Assembly: GCF_001194135.2 (NCBI RefSeq)
Contig: NC_068982.1
Span: 153,281,077 to 153,328,324 of the forward strand
DNA from: Octopus bimaculoides
Taxonomy: Eukaryota
Direction of reading: 5' to 3'
Length of the DNA: 47,248 nt
In this document: one piece after another, positions 1 to 12,396 of the stretch
Position numbering within the stretch: position 1 is the first letter of the stretch
How the letters are laid out: each line of letters opens with the position of its first letter
Notes under the pieces: generated by a model
Seen by the model: only the letters and a program-made list of their open reading frames with translations
Told to the model about the DNA's origin: nothing
Databases searched by the model: none
Made by a program: the position numbers and the translations under genes

Positions 1-137
1 AGTAGATTGACAAATTTATTTTTTGAACCAGTTGAAGACACACGAGATGTCGAAATATCGTTCACCAGATAACAAATGCCACTCTTCTTTTAATTTTGAC
101 TCTATATCTTCAGGAGGAGTTACCTCAATCCTTTCTA

Positions 138-198
<61 letters not shown>

Positions 199-225
199 AT
201 TATTATCATTATTATTATTATTATT
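138..225. repeat. (ATT)n microsatellite
   Basis: Near-perfect trinucleotide run; it produces the poly-N and poly-L ORFs at 16-364. Confidence 0.97.
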
Positions 226-1120
226 TATACCAACTAATACTATGCAAGCCAACGAGGCACCACCTATGCGATTGCTAGGCCTGAAAGAACGAGCTCTCAA
301 TTCTTCCAAAAATTATAAAGTTCTTCAAATTATGCATTCAATAATAAAGTTTATTGCTAGGTAAAAAAAAAGAAATATTATGAACAAAATATCTGATATT
401 GGTACAACTGCAATGCCTTGAATCACAGGTCTGCTCGACCAGGGCTAATAAGGAACTACACATCCACAACGACAATAGCATTAAAATAAAAACAGAAACA
501 AGTACAACGACTGGTATTATTCTCGTCTGAGAGAATTTTATGTTCGTTCTCTCAACCGCAAAAAAGCTTCCTTCGCTTAACTCATTCTCAATCAGATATT
601 TTATTATCGTTTTAATGGAACAATTCTGACAAACACATCACCGACGTCTATAGAATGCATGGATATCAACAAACTGATTGTTCTACATTGCTCCACATTT
701 AACTACGCCGTTATAACACTGAATAGAAATATTGAAATAAATATACTGAGATAACTAGAAACAAGTAGATATATTATGATACAGAAACATGTAATTTGTA
801 AACAGACATACTCATACAAACAAAACTCAAACATAAAGAAATAATAAGCAAACAATTCTTTAGAGAAACCAATACGGCATTATTTGTAAGTATGTTTTCC
901 TAAACAAATAAGAAAATAATAAGTTTAGAACAATGCCATACAGTTCAATATTTTACAAAAATAAACAATGAAATATGTTCAGATGGCAAATAAAATTGAT
1001 ATCAAAATATACTCTGAATTTGACTTGAAGGCAAACATGTATATAGTCTTCAATAGCAGTGAGCAATGCATGGCTACCAGTATAATTTTGGGCCACGATA
1101 TGCTTTGATATATATTTATA

Positions 1121-1123
<3 letters not shown>

Positions 1124-1182
<59 letters not shown>
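1124..1182. repeat. (CA)n microsatellite
   Basis: Perfect dinucleotide run. Confidence 0.98.
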
Positions 1183-1183
<1 letters not shown>

Positions 1184-1599
1184 TTAAAGATGCATTTTTG
1201 TTCAGTTCGTTAGACCAGTCGCGTTTACAAGCACGTTGCGTATTTTGATAAGTAAAACCACCACGATTGGATGTAGTATATTCTTCCACTCCGTAGCCTT
1301 CGCGGAGGGGGAGAGGGGCTGCTGGGCGCGGTAACTCCGGTGTCTTGGATACCCAGGGGAGTTTTTTGTTCACACCATCATCTGGATAAATATTGGGTTA
1401 CATCATCGTAACGAACGAGAGTAATTTTCTACAGGGTTTGCTCCCCGAGTGTGTTTAGTTAAGATTTTCATGTAAAGGGTCACCCTATTTACAACACCAG
1501 CTCTAACTTGCTTGCTGCTCAAGGCTTAGGGACGCAACAAGGACACCCACAGACGCAAAATTTATACCGGCATTTTCAGAGTGGGGTTGGCACCAATTC

Positions 1600-3098
1600 T
1601 CTGAACTGTTCACATGAACAGCTAACTTCTTCGCTAATGACGATAGATTACATCGACATTAGCGAAGAAGATATACTACTAGCCATAGATGAGGTGGACG
1701 CAAACTTAACTGCTGGTCCTGATGGTTTCCCAGCAATCCTCCTCAAATCGTGTATGTGTGCTCTGGCAAAACTACTACAGATTCTCTTCCAGAGCTTTCT
1801 TGCAAATGACAGGTTACCAAGCAAACTGAAAGAGGGAATAATATACCCAATCCATAAAGGAGGAAGCAGAGCAGATGCCAAAAACTATAAGCCTATCTCT
1901 CTGACTTCACACATCAGCAAAGTCATGGAACGGATAGTCAGAGGGAAACTAATCGCATTCCTTGAAGAAATCGACTTACTGATACCCAGCATGTTTTTCG
2001 ACCAGGTAGGAGCTGCTTGACCCAGCTCTTACAGCACGATGACTCGGTGTTGAGGCAGTTACTCAACAACTCAAATGTGAACGTAATATACCTTGACTTT
2101 GCAAAAGCTTTTGAAAAAGTGGATCATGGTATGATATTCCACAATCTGCGTGATTTCGGCCTAGCTGGAAAACTTGGAGAGTGGTTACATGACTTTCTGA
2201 AAGATAGAAGTCAGACAGTAGTGGCCAATGGAGCCACCTCAATGAAAACACAAANNNNNNNNNNNNNNNNNNNNNNNNNNNNNNNNNNNNNNATGTGAAC
2301 GTAATATATCTTGACTTTGCAAAAGCTTTTGAAAAAGTGGGTCATGGTATGATATTCCACAATCTGCGTGATTTCGGCCTAGCTGGAAAACTTGGAGAGT
2401 GGTTACATGACTTTCTGAAAGATAGAAGTCAGACAGTATTGGCCAATGGAGCCACCTCAATGAAAACACAAATAGTGAGCGGTATTCCACAGGGCACTGT
2501 TTTGGGACCACTGCTTTTCATAAAGGCCCTCTCAGATATGCCCTCAACTGCCAGGATAGCCACTCTTGCTAGCTACGCAGACGATACGAAAGTCTCGCAG
2601 AAAATACAGAACCCCCAGCGATGCTGCACATCTGCAGCAGGAGTTGGACTCAATGTACAGATGGGCTGAGGATAATAATACGTAGTTTTATGCTGAAAAA
2701 CACCAAGCTCTACGCTACCAGCATCCAAAACTGAATATAAAAAATACAGGGTACACTGGTCTACAGGGGATAACAATCCCAGAGCCTAAATCAGTGAGGG
2801 ACATGGGTATCTACATGAGTGATGATACCTCTTTCCAAGTGCACATTACCAGGATGGCGACAAAGTGTAGATGACTAGCTGAACGGATCCTGAGAACGTT
2901 CAAAACCAGAGAGAAGGAAACCATGATGGTCTTCTGGAAGACATTCGTCCTCAGCCGCCTGGATTACTGCTCCCAGCTATGGTCACCCAACAGTATAAAA
3001 TTAAGAGCAGACATTGCAGCAATCCAGCAAAGCTTCACAAAGAAGATCGTCTCATTGGAATAGCCCAGCTACTGGGAAAGGCTGAAACAGCTAAGACT
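1600..3098 (+). mobile_element. CR1/L2-group non-LTR retrotransposon, RT and C-terminal region, frameshifted
   Basis: Translated motifs AGPDG, PIHKGGS..NYKPISLTSHISKVMER, IYLDFAKAFEKVDH, SGIPQGTVLGPLLF, SYADDTK, LSRLDYCSQLWSP, YWERLKQL. Frameshifts near 1990-2020 and 2620; runs into the N gap at 3099. Confidence 0.93.
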
Positions 3099-3766
3099 NN
3101 NNNNNNNNNNNNNNNNNNNNNNNNNNNNNNNNNNNNNNNNNNNNNNNNNNNNNNNNNNNNNNNNNNNNNNNNNNNNNNNNNNNNNNNNNNNNNNNNNNNN
3201 NNNNNNNNNNNNNNNNNNNNNNNNNNNNNNNNNNNNNNNNNNNNNNNNNNNNNNNNNNNNNNNNNNNNNNNNNNNNNNNNNNNNNNNNNNNNNNNNNNNN
3301 NNNNNNNNNNNNNNNNNNNNNNNNNNNNNNNNNNNNNNNNNNNNNNNNNNNNNNNNNNNNNNNNNNNNNNNNNNNNNNNNNNNNNNNNNNNNNNNNNNNN
3401 NNNNNNNNNNNNNNNNNNNNNNNNNNNNNNNNNNNNNNNNNNNNNNNNNNNNNNNNNNNNNNNNNNNNNNNNNNNNNNNNNNNNNNNNNNNNNNNNNNNN
3501 NNNNNNNNNNNNNNNNNNNNNNNNNNNNNNNNNNNNNNNNNNNNNNNNNNNNNNNNNNNNNNNNNNNNNNNNNNNNNNNNNNNNNNNNNNNNNNNNNNNN
3601 NNNNNNNNNNNNNNNNNNNNNNNNNNNNNNNNNNNNNNNNNNNNNNNNNNNNNNNNNNNNNNNNNNNNNNNNNNNNNNNNNNNNNNNNNNNNNNNNNNNN
3701 NNNNNNNNNNNNNNNNNNNNNNNNNNNNNNNNNNNNNNNNNNNNNNNNNNNNNNNNNNNNNNNNNN

Positions 3767-3804
<38 letters not shown>

Positions 3805-3809
<5 letters not shown>

Positions 3810-4645
3810 CATTGGTAAGAAAGTCCTTGGGCAACCAAGCCGCCTTCAATCCCGCAAACAATCAGCGTCGCCGACCAATCAGGAGCAGCCAATGTGTCTA
3901 TTGTGACTATATAAAGACTCGGCAAGGTCAGCAAGCTTGGAAAATGAGTGCCACATGAATTGTCTGAAGCAAACAAACAAGCACGTGTCACTGCATGTCA
4001 AAGTCTGCTCTGGCAAAGCTTAAGATTCGATTGGTTGGAGTAAGTCATCACTATGTGTACTCTACTCCAACGTGATGTGCAGACGATCTTGGTGTAGCAA
4101 AAGTCAACAGCTAAAACTTTCGCCAAAAGGACCGCTTGTGCAAATGAAGGTTATGATTTCAGTTTGGTGGGATTGCCATAGTGTGACCACCGTTGACAAG
4201 GATGTTTACTGCGAACAAATCGACCGTCTAAGGATCATGCTGGCCGAAAAACGCTCAAATTTGAAGAAAATAATTTACCACCAAGACAACGCGCCAGCAC
4301 ATCGTGCAAAGAAGACGTCAGAGAAGCTGGGAGATTATGGTGCACCCACCGTATTCTCCTGACTTTGCCCTTCTGACTACAACTTATTCTATGCCATGCA
4401 ACGCGCGATTGGCAATACAGAGTTCGAAAACGAAGATGTGAAATCATTCGTTTACGACTTTATTGATTCAAAGCCACGCAATATTTGGATGAAAAGATTC
4501 CAAATTTTGCTTGAAAGATAATATAGCAAAAGGTGATCGAGAACGAAGGTGATTACCTTTTGGATTGATTGTTCTTTGTTGCTTTTTTAATTGTTAATAA
4601 AGTGATATGTTAAGAGTGTCCGAGAACTTTCTTACCAAACTAATA
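3805..4645 (+). mobile_element. Internally deleted mariner with both TIRs
   Basis: 29-bp imperfect TIRs including flanking TA: TATTACATTGGTAAGAAAGTCCTTGGGCA (3805-3833) vs reverse complement of 4617-4645 TATTAGTTTGGTAAGAAAGTTCTCGGACA, 24/29 identical. Transposase motifs KVMISVWWD, HQDNAPAH, HPPYSPDFALSDY. Flanked by (TA)n. Confidence 0.92.
3875..3915 (+). promoter_or_regulatory. CCAAT-CCAAT-TATA cluster in the mariner 5' region
   Basis: CCAAT at 3875-3879 and 3889-3893; TATATAAA at 3908-3915; upstream of the transposase remnant on the same strand. Confidence 0.4.
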
Positions 4646-4657
4646 TATATATATGTA

Positions 4658-5165
4658 TACTAGAGTAAGTACATAAATGCGAAACAAGGTGAAGAAAATA
4701 GTACTCGATTACCGGAGGTAGAGTAATATGCTTTATTATTACAGCTACTAAAACATCACAAAAACATCAAAACAACTGCTACTCAGAGACTCGAGTACCC
4801 GTTCGAAGGACAGTTTTGATTGTAGCTGACACGCAAAGAAGCGGGCGTCCTTCCAATTTGTCCAGGTTTGCATGACTGGCCGACCAGAAGCCCTGATTTA
4901 ACACTCTGCGACTTTTTCTTCGGGGTTGGTTAAAAGAGAAAGTCTACTCTGCCAAGCCAACGACGTTGGAAGAACGTGAAGGACAAATACGAGAAGTTAT
5001 GTCTTCCATCCCACAAGAGTTCCTGATGAAATCAATTTATGCGGTTCTGAATTTTAAATAAAACTCCATGCTATACGCTTTCTTACCATATTCTTCTAAA
5101 TATTATAGCTAATAAATAAATTATAAGTATTTTAAAATGGAGAGTTACTATTTAATCACTCTGTA
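4658..5165 (+). mobile_element. Tc1/mariner (rosa/DD41D-like) 3' fragment or non-autonomous derivative
   Basis: About 4870-5040 translates to DWPTRSPDLTLCDFF..GWLKEKVYSAKPTTLEE, matching the WPPRSPDLTPCDFFLWG motif. Right end ...CACTCTGTA followed by TA repeats; left end TACTAGAGT only weakly matches it. Confidence 0.75.
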
Positions 5166-5237
5166 TATATATAAAGAACATTTATACTCATGAGAGATAA
5201 TAATGTGAGTGACCGCAAGCTAAAATCGTATAAGCAG

Positions 5238-5240
<3 letters not shown>

Positions 5241-5298
<58 letters not shown>
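5241..5298. repeat. (TA)n microsatellite
   Basis: Perfect run. Confidence 0.97.
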
Positions 5299-5300
<2 letters not shown>

Positions 5301-5759
5301 AATTATATATAACAAGGGCGCTTTTTTAAGCATCAACTTTGCTAAAAATAGGAGTCAAAACACACGCATTGGTTGAAGTGATATATGAATTTGTTAATAG
5401 TAGACATAGCTTAGGAGAATCAAGAGTATTTTTGGGCGCGAAATTCGAAATAATGATATCAAGTTAACTGACATTCCTTTTTGTGGATTTAGTTAGAGTT
5501 ACATGCATATAATAACAGTGTGGATCAGATGACTTAGACTTTTACATATATACACATACAACACGCACACACACATATATTTATATGTATGCATGTATGT
5601 ATGTATGGATGGATGTATGCATGTATATATATGTGTGTATGAACGTATGCATATGTGTATATTTATATATGTGCGTGTGTATGCTTGCATTTATGCATAG
5701 GTTTATGTATATGTTTATTTGTCATGTGTTATAATAAAATCAATTTTACAATAATTTGA

Positions 5760-6410
5760 AGGATTACTCAGTGCATTCGATTGAGTACAAAATATTCATT
5801 CTTCAACGAGAATGATATTGATATAAACTTCGAAGTTTCGGCCTACTAACTCATCATCAGACTGATGATTTTGAGTTGATCTTAGTTTCACATAGTTTCC
5901 GTTAATATAAAATGTTATAGCGTAAGTTGAGTTCGAGAGTAAGTTAAATGGTAATTAGGCTGTATGGTAGGCTTTGATGACAGAGTGTAATAGAGAATTT
6001 ATATTGAAGAAATTTGAGGATGTAGTACTGCGTAGAATTTAATTATGCATGCAGAAATTTGTAATCAGATATTTATATTTAGGTCTGTCACTTTAGGTCA
6101 TAGGGGTTCACTAAAGCATGTAATCAGGTTGTTGGTCACTTGGTTTCATTGTTGTTGATTTCAATTTGATATTAAAATTTGTGTTGTGAATGTGAAGGCT
6201 AAATCTCAGAGGTTAGTCCAGTATTTAAATCGTTGTAGTTGGCTGTGTTTACTAGGTGTGTCAACTGGGAGGAACTTGGCACTTAGGTGTTCGCGAAAGA
6301 ATATAAGTGGTAAGATTTAGTTTGTTAACAGGCTGGTAGTATTTCGGATTTTTCACCTGCTTCTATTGGGAGGATATTGGCAAACCCTTAAGCATGTGAT
6401 AATGATTTCA
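5760..6410 (-). mobile_element. Highly decayed Penelope-like 3' region (GIY-YIG remnant plus pLTR-like end)
   Basis: Minus strand gives QTKSYHLYS(fs)FREHLSAKFLPVDTPSKH, similar to the PLE endonuclease GQT..L..RFREH motif, followed by a CTGATGA...GAAAC motif with a palindrome. Confidence 0.45.
5822..5860 (-). ncRNA. Degenerate minimal hammerhead-like motif
   Basis: Minus strand CTGATGA TGAGTTAGTAGGCC GAAA CTTCGAAG TT; 14-nt palindrome AAACTTCGAAGTTT at 5825-5838. Stems I and II pair poorly. Confidence 0.35.
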
Positions 6411-6436
6411 AATTTTGGCACAACGCCAGCAAGGTC

Positions 6437-6463
<27 letters not shown>

Positions 6464-6467
<4 letters not shown>

Positions 6468-6612
6468 TCGATTACACCAACCTCAGTGCTTATCTGGCAC
6501 TTACTTTATGGACCCCATTAGGATGAAAGGTAAACTTCGGTGGAATTTGAACTCAGAACGTAAAAACGGACGAAATGCCGGTATGTATTTCGTTCGGCGT
6601 GCTAATGATTCT
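6464..6612 (-). mobile_element. tRNA-derived SINE, family A, 5'-truncated and decayed
   Basis: Reverse complement aligns by eye to 39468-39691, including the B-box-like GAGTTCAAATTCC and the CCTTTCATCC...AAGTGCCAG body. Confidence 0.85.
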
Positions 6613-7904
6613 TACACCTTCCTTATGCATGTCATAATGAAATTAGAATGGAAAATGTGTTTATCTGATGTTCTAATGTTCACAAAAGGATGCTGTGAGA
6701 TGCAAAAGTTGTTGGTCAGCAAATGTCTCTCTAAGGGATCATTGTTCGGAAAACTATTTAGTAGCTAATGCTGCTGACTAGCAATCTAACCAGATTCTTT
6801 CGTGAAATCTTATCATCTGAAGATAACGCACTTGAATATACACATATATTGCAGAGAGGAAATAAAATGTACGAGTGTCCGATGATGGGTAGTATTACCA
6901 ATGACTTCAAACTCATTGTATGTATGTACGTATGCATTGTCTTTGAATTTGTATAGTGGAAACGTTGTGAATTTGGGAAATTTGTTGTAAGCACAAATTC
7001 ACGTTTCCATTATACAAATTCAAAGACAATGCTAGCCAAAATGAACGTATTAGCAAGGAAATATTTTTCATAAGAAAATATAGACCAAGTCTAAATTCTC
7101 TAAACTAACAACACTGAGACTTTCATATATATTTTTATATATTTATATGTGGATTTGCAAGAAATAAACAAAGGGGATCGAAGAAACCGATTTCTATTAA
7201 AACCATACGGGAAACATCTTCACCACGACTACTACTACTACTACTACTGCTATTGTTATTATCTTTACTGCTGCTGGTTATTCGACGGCTACAACCACTC
7301 CTACAAAAAAGTCTTGACCACTATTTAATATACAAAAACAGATAGTAGTAATCTACTATCACAGTGAGTTGGAATTACCATGCTTTCAAAAGGGAACGAA
7401 AGGACCACGTGCGCATGCAAGAAATAACAGTAAACTATGAATGTCATTCTTAATTTTAATTGCAATTTTATTTTATTAATAGCCCTCTTCTCTTCTCACA
7501 AATTTTGTACTCATTTTTGATAAGGTTTTTCAAAAAAACGAAACATGTAAAGTAAAAAATATTTTTTAAAANNNNNNNNNNNNNNNNNNNNNNNNNNNNN
7601 NNNNNNNNNNNNNNNNNNNNNNNNNNNNNNNNNNNNNNNNNNNNNNNNNNNNNNNNNNNNNNNNNNNNNNNNNNNNNNNNNNNNNNNNNNNNNNNNNNNN
7701 NNNNNNNNNNNNNNNNNNNNNNNNNNNNNGAGAGAGAGAGAGAGAGGTAATTTTTAAAAATTGATATCATTTGAGATGTAAATATCACAGAAACTACATA
7801 GTCAGAGCAAATGAATCTAAATAAGCTTAATGTTGAGCAACATAAGATTTATTCCTCCAAATTTGAATGAGAAATTCAAAGGTATGTGGATTTCATGAAC
7901 GATT

Positions 7905-8665
7905 TCACAAAAAGGTCCCTGTATATGCTTCTTGGAGATAGCGCAAAACGCATTCACTTTGGTGAGTCCCCCTCATGCTCAACTGTGGCATGGAGATCTT
8001 CTTCGCCCCAGATGCGAACATTATGCTTACTGACTTTGCCATTCGTATGAAATATGGCCACATCTCTGAAGACAAGACGTTCTTTGAAGTCAGCTTCTTC
8101 ATGTTTCTCTTGCATATCAACAGAGAATTGTTTGGGCTTCCACTTGCCATCTGCCGTTATGACCTGAACGAACTTGTAGGGTTTCCTTAGCAAGCGATTC
8201 TTCAAGTCGCGCCAAACTGTCTTTGGTGGAATCTGGGTTTCCAGACCTGTTCTTCTTATGGGCTTCTTGGGGGCTTCGCAAGAATTTTTGCCGAACCCGC
8301 TCGACCGTCTCTTCCGATGTTAGTGGTTGTCCAGATCCTTTTGTCCTGTACAGACAGCTTTCCCCTTTGAATCATTTGTGCCTTGTCCAAATCTGCATTG
8401 CCGTTGGTTACTGTTTAGAAACCACCCTCACGAATGCACGCAGCACAGTCTTGTTCGACTGTGTTCGAGCATAGTCCAACACACAAAACGCCTTTTCTCT
8501 TCCAGTGAATGGCATTTCTATACCTGAAAAGATAAACATACCAAACATGAAACATAAAACTTTGTCCTGTTTCTACGCATGCTGTTAGAATTTGAATCAT
8601 TTGAACAAGAACTGGCAAAGTTATTACATGGCGAAATGATATTAAATTTTTTGAAACACCCTGTG
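7905..8665 (-). mobile_element. Tc1/mariner (rosa/DD41D-like) 5' half
   Basis: Terminal TA-CACAGGGTGTTTCAAAAAA on the minus strand at about 8667-8648. HTH region SGQPLTSEETVERVRQKFLRSP; catalytic region RLVFRDVAIFHTNGKVSKHNVRIWGEE..EHEGDSPK, matching FSDEATFH..GKVNRHNVRIWG. Truncated near the GPFF motif. Confidence 0.9.
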
Positions 8666-9559
8666 TATATATGTATATATATATACATGTACACACACAT
8701 ACATATATTATAATATCTTGTATACACTTCTTATATGTGTTCCCCGTTACGCGTGTTTGTATCTGCACAGAGTGATATATTTCTAATTAATTCTTTAAAT
8801 TTTTTCTACATTTTTACTGGTTATATTTACACGTCAATCGTTTGTCTCAATCAGACTTATAGATTAGCAATATTACTATGATAACCCTGAATTTTTATTT
8901 TAACATAAATTCATCCTAATTATATTAGGAAATTCCTCCTCTCAGAAAACAAAAGAATTGAAAACTAATACGATGAATAGCATGCTATCTTCTTTATGTA
9001 CATACAAACATGTACATAGGAGTGCTTGACACATGCACATGCACAAATGCACGCATACACACACATAGACACGACATTTTCTTAATATGTATGCCTATAT
9101 ATATACACGCATATACAAACCGTCTTACATATATAGATACTTTCATATATACATACAATCATTTTCCAAAGTTATTTCTAAGCCTCTGTAGTTCACGATT
9201 TCATTGTCCCATATCTTAATATCTGTTAAATTTGATTATATATATTGGCAGATGTGATCGATCGATAGAAATGCTCCCCTCAATGAATAAATCAAATTCA
9301 AAGATTCTACATATTTTGTTATATTTTTGTTTTAAAACTCCGTCTAGGAAGCATGTGTATCTTCATATTTTTGTTTCTTGTTACTTTTTCTTATATTCTC
9401 TAATTTGACAAACACTGAAATGTTTTCCAATATACATACATGCATAAATACATTACTAATCTCATACAATTAATCTATCCCCCACCACCATCACAACTTT
9501 TTTCCTCTCCAGAATTCATATCTCTGTTACACATTCACGTACACAACAATTTGGTTTCA

Positions 9560-10190
9560 AACACACACATATATATGAGACTTCTCTCAAACAAACACAA
9601 TCACATACACAAGCACACACAAATCACATACACAACACACACACACATACACACAAATACTCACACACACATAAATGCTTATGCTTGTATGTAACTGTGC
9701 GTTCATATATACGTATATACTTAATATATAAACATATATATACAAATATATATTCATATACATACATACACACGCATATATATATATATATANNNNNNNN
9801 NNNNNNNNNNNNNNNNNNNNNNNNNNNNNNNNNNNNNNNNNNNNNNNNNNNNNNNNNNNNNNNNNNNNNNNNNNNNNNNNNNNNNNNNNNNNNNNNNNNN
9901 NNNNNNNNNNNNNNNNNNNNNNNNNNNNNNNNNNNNNNNNNNNNNNNNNNNNNNNNNNNNNNNNNNNNNNNNNNNNNNNNNNNNNNNNNNNNNNNNNNNN
10001 NNNNNNNNNNNNNNNNNNNNNNNNNNNNNNNNNNNNNNNNNNNNNNNNNNNNNNNNNNNNNNTATATATGTATGTATGTAAAGAGAGAAATAAATAGATA
10101 GATAAATAGACAGATAGACAGATACGCACATACATACATACATACATACTTACATACATACATACATACATAACATACATACATACATCC
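9560..10190. repeat. Compound (CA)/(TA)/(TAGA)/(CATA) low-complexity tract spanning an N gap
   Basis: Mixed di- and tetranucleotide runs around the gap at 9793-10061. Confidence 0.9.
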
Positions 10191-10307
10191 TTGACATTAT
10201 TCACATGGAAAAAGGAGATATGCAAAAAGTGCTGCGTGTTGGAGTGATTTACAATTCTTTTATTGAATTTTTGTTTCAGTATATATGATGAGTGATTAGG
10301 GATACTG

Positions 10308-10478
10308 AGAATGATGCCCCTATAAATTGTGTTTTATCTCCTCAGTGTATTTCATTCTTTTGTTAGATTATATATAATTCTAGAACTGATGCTCTATAAA
10401 TTTTGTTTTTCCCGTCAAATTATTGCATTTCGTTAGATTAAATGGTTGAAATTTTAGAATTAATGTTCTCTAAAATAC
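10308..10478. repeat. Degenerate 74-bp tandem repeat, about 2.3 copies
   Basis: Units start AGAA at 10308, 10382 and 10456; the first two share GATGC..CTATAAATT.TGTTTT and GTTAGATTA. Confidence 0.7.
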
Positions 10479-11222
10479 GGAATCCAAATCGTACCGTGGT
10501 GTCGTCAATATTGACCAATCTAGAAGACGATCCTGGAAATATATTGCAGACTGTATTATAAAGAATCGGAATTACAGGCAATATATTCACACACACGCGT
10601 GCGTGCATACACGCTTACCTTTGCACAAACTCATGTGCATAGGCATTCATAAACACCCCTGCGCACATCTCATAGACCTGCACGCACACACGCACACGTA
10701 TAACCCTACTACATACCTGCAATTTGTTTTTCGTACAGTTCTAGTATTTTTGCTTTCATTTACTTTGTATGTCTCAATATTTCAGCGCATACCAGAGGCG
10801 TATAATGAGAATTATATGTAAAATTCCTTTAATTATGTAAACAGTTATCCCTTTTACCAGCAGGCATATTTCACTATTCATACATATATATAAGGTCGGT
10901 AATGCTCAGGTACATTTAGGTGATTATTTACGTTATCGAATTTATGTAAAAGTAAAGTTCTTGAAAACAGTGCATAGCTGTTTAATTACACGTGCGTATG
11001 GTGCATGTCAAAATAAAACTTGACAGTTGGGGAAATATATTAAAAAATACAATGTCTTTGCCAGCAGGCTGAAGCAATTCATCAAAATTGAAATGCGTTA
11101 CCTCATAGGAAAATGCTTTCCCGTTGTCTTCAAGGAAGAATGTTTAATACTGCGCATCAGGTGTTAGTTTCTCTGTAATCAAGTCTTATATAATGATTTT
11201 GAATGCAGATTTTTCTTACTAT

Positions 11223-11635
11223 AGGCGCAGGTGTGGCTCTGATCTAAGACGTCTGCTTCTCAACCACATGGTTCTAGGTTCACTCTCACTACTATAGTGT
11301 CTTCTACTAGAGCTTGAAAGTGACAAAAGCTTTGTCCATGGATTTGGTAGACGAAACTGTCTGTGTGTATGTGTATGTGTATGTGTTTGTGTGTGCGCGT
11401 GCGTACCTTCGTGTATGTATTTCTCCCATGCTACCGCTTGAGCTGGTGCTGGGGTGTTTATGCCCCCTCCCCGTAACTTAGGGGTTCGGTAAAAAAAAAA
11501 AGAGCAATAGAAAATGTACCGCGTTAAACAAAATAACTAATAGGATCGATTCATTCAACTAAATATTCCTCAAGGCGGCGTTCCAGCATGGCCGCATTCC
11601 AATAACTGAAGCAAATAAAATATAAAAGATAAAAA
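11223..11635 (+). mobile_element. tRNA-derived SINE, family B (internal GT microsatellite)
   Basis: Head AGGCGCAGGTGTGGCT..CAACCACATGGTTCTAGGTTCA; body GGATTTGGTAGACGAAACTG, then (GT)n, CCCCGTAACTTAG and CCAGCATGGCCG; A-rich tail. The 3' half matches 18845-19052. Confidence 0.85.
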
Positions 11636-11744
11636 TACACATACAGAGGCACACGCACAACAAATACATGCATACATAATTCATACATGTATTAATACGC
11701 GCAAACCCGTGCGCGTATGTATATATATGCACACACACACACAA

Positions 11745-11835
11745 ACTCGAGATGGTATCAAAAAGTTTCCGGAATAGTTCTGTAGCGTGTCAATACGTGG
11801 CAGCGCATGGTTGCGTGCGCAGTGAGAGCTCGCAA
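11745..11835 (+). mobile_element. Mariner 5' TIR and leader fragment (same family as 22016-23195)
   Basis: CTCGAGATGGTATCAAAAAGTTTCCGGAATAGTTCTGTAG...GTTGCGTGCGCAGTGAGAGCT matches 22652-22740 and the TIR at 22016. Confidence 0.85.
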
Positions 11836-12040
11836 TGACTAGGGATCTCATCCGACGAATGAGATGGAAGGCTTTCTTCCACGATAACCAAAAATATAGG
11901 AATGACTCAAGAAACAACAAATTCAACCTCACATCGTATAAGAATCCTCCACACAATCCACATCTTGAAAAATTCGAAGCGGATATGATAGATTTAATCA
12001 AAAATATTAAATTCTCTAAATTCAAATCTCACTTAAGCTA
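11836..12040 (+). mobile_element. Penelope-like element, N-terminal ORF fragment
   Basis: RDLIRRMRWKAFF..KFNLTSYKNPPHNPHLEKFEADMIDLIKNIKF resembles the conserved pre-RT region of PLE ORFs. Confidence 0.75.
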
Positions 12041-12099
12041 CACTCCAAGTACTGTTTCTTCTTTGTTCTTTTTTCAGCGCATCACTCTCACTTCCTACT

Positions 12100-12396
12100 A
12101 CAACTCTCCTCTTATAGATGTAATAATCCATTCCTCTACTATTACCGTTTCCGATGAAGGGATACAATGGATTTTCCCTGAAACAGCTGTAAGATTTTAT
12201 CCATAAAATATATTTCTAACTCTGACATTGTTCTCTTTATCCTTTTCTCTTTTTATACATACACACGCTAATACACAACCTATGTTATAATCCCCACTCA
12301 TGTTTATACAACGAAAGGGGCAAAACTAGCCGGTATACAGCACTTACTCTGTATTACCTGTATCTTTGTGTTTGGTTAAATCCAATACACTTCATA

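Noticed and set aside
16-364. Opposing ORFs with poly-Asn and poly-Leu
   Set aside because: Both are readings of the (ATT)n run; the minus ORF has an in-frame stop just upstream and no recognisable domain.
2075-2472. 180-bp tandem duplication inside the CR1 RT (2075-2254 and 2293-2472)
   Set aside because: The copies abut a 38-N gap and differ at only 3 positions, typical of an unmerged contig overlap or two haplotypes.
6677-6781. Short frame containing RCKSCW, similar to the arenavirus Z RING start
   Set aside because: Only 34 codons between stops, lacks the remaining zinc ligands, and has no viral context; chance match.
6768-6917. Possible exon ending at ATT|GTATGT
   Set aside because: The donor is the edge of a (TATG) repeat, there is no good acceptor, and the peptide is unrecognisable.
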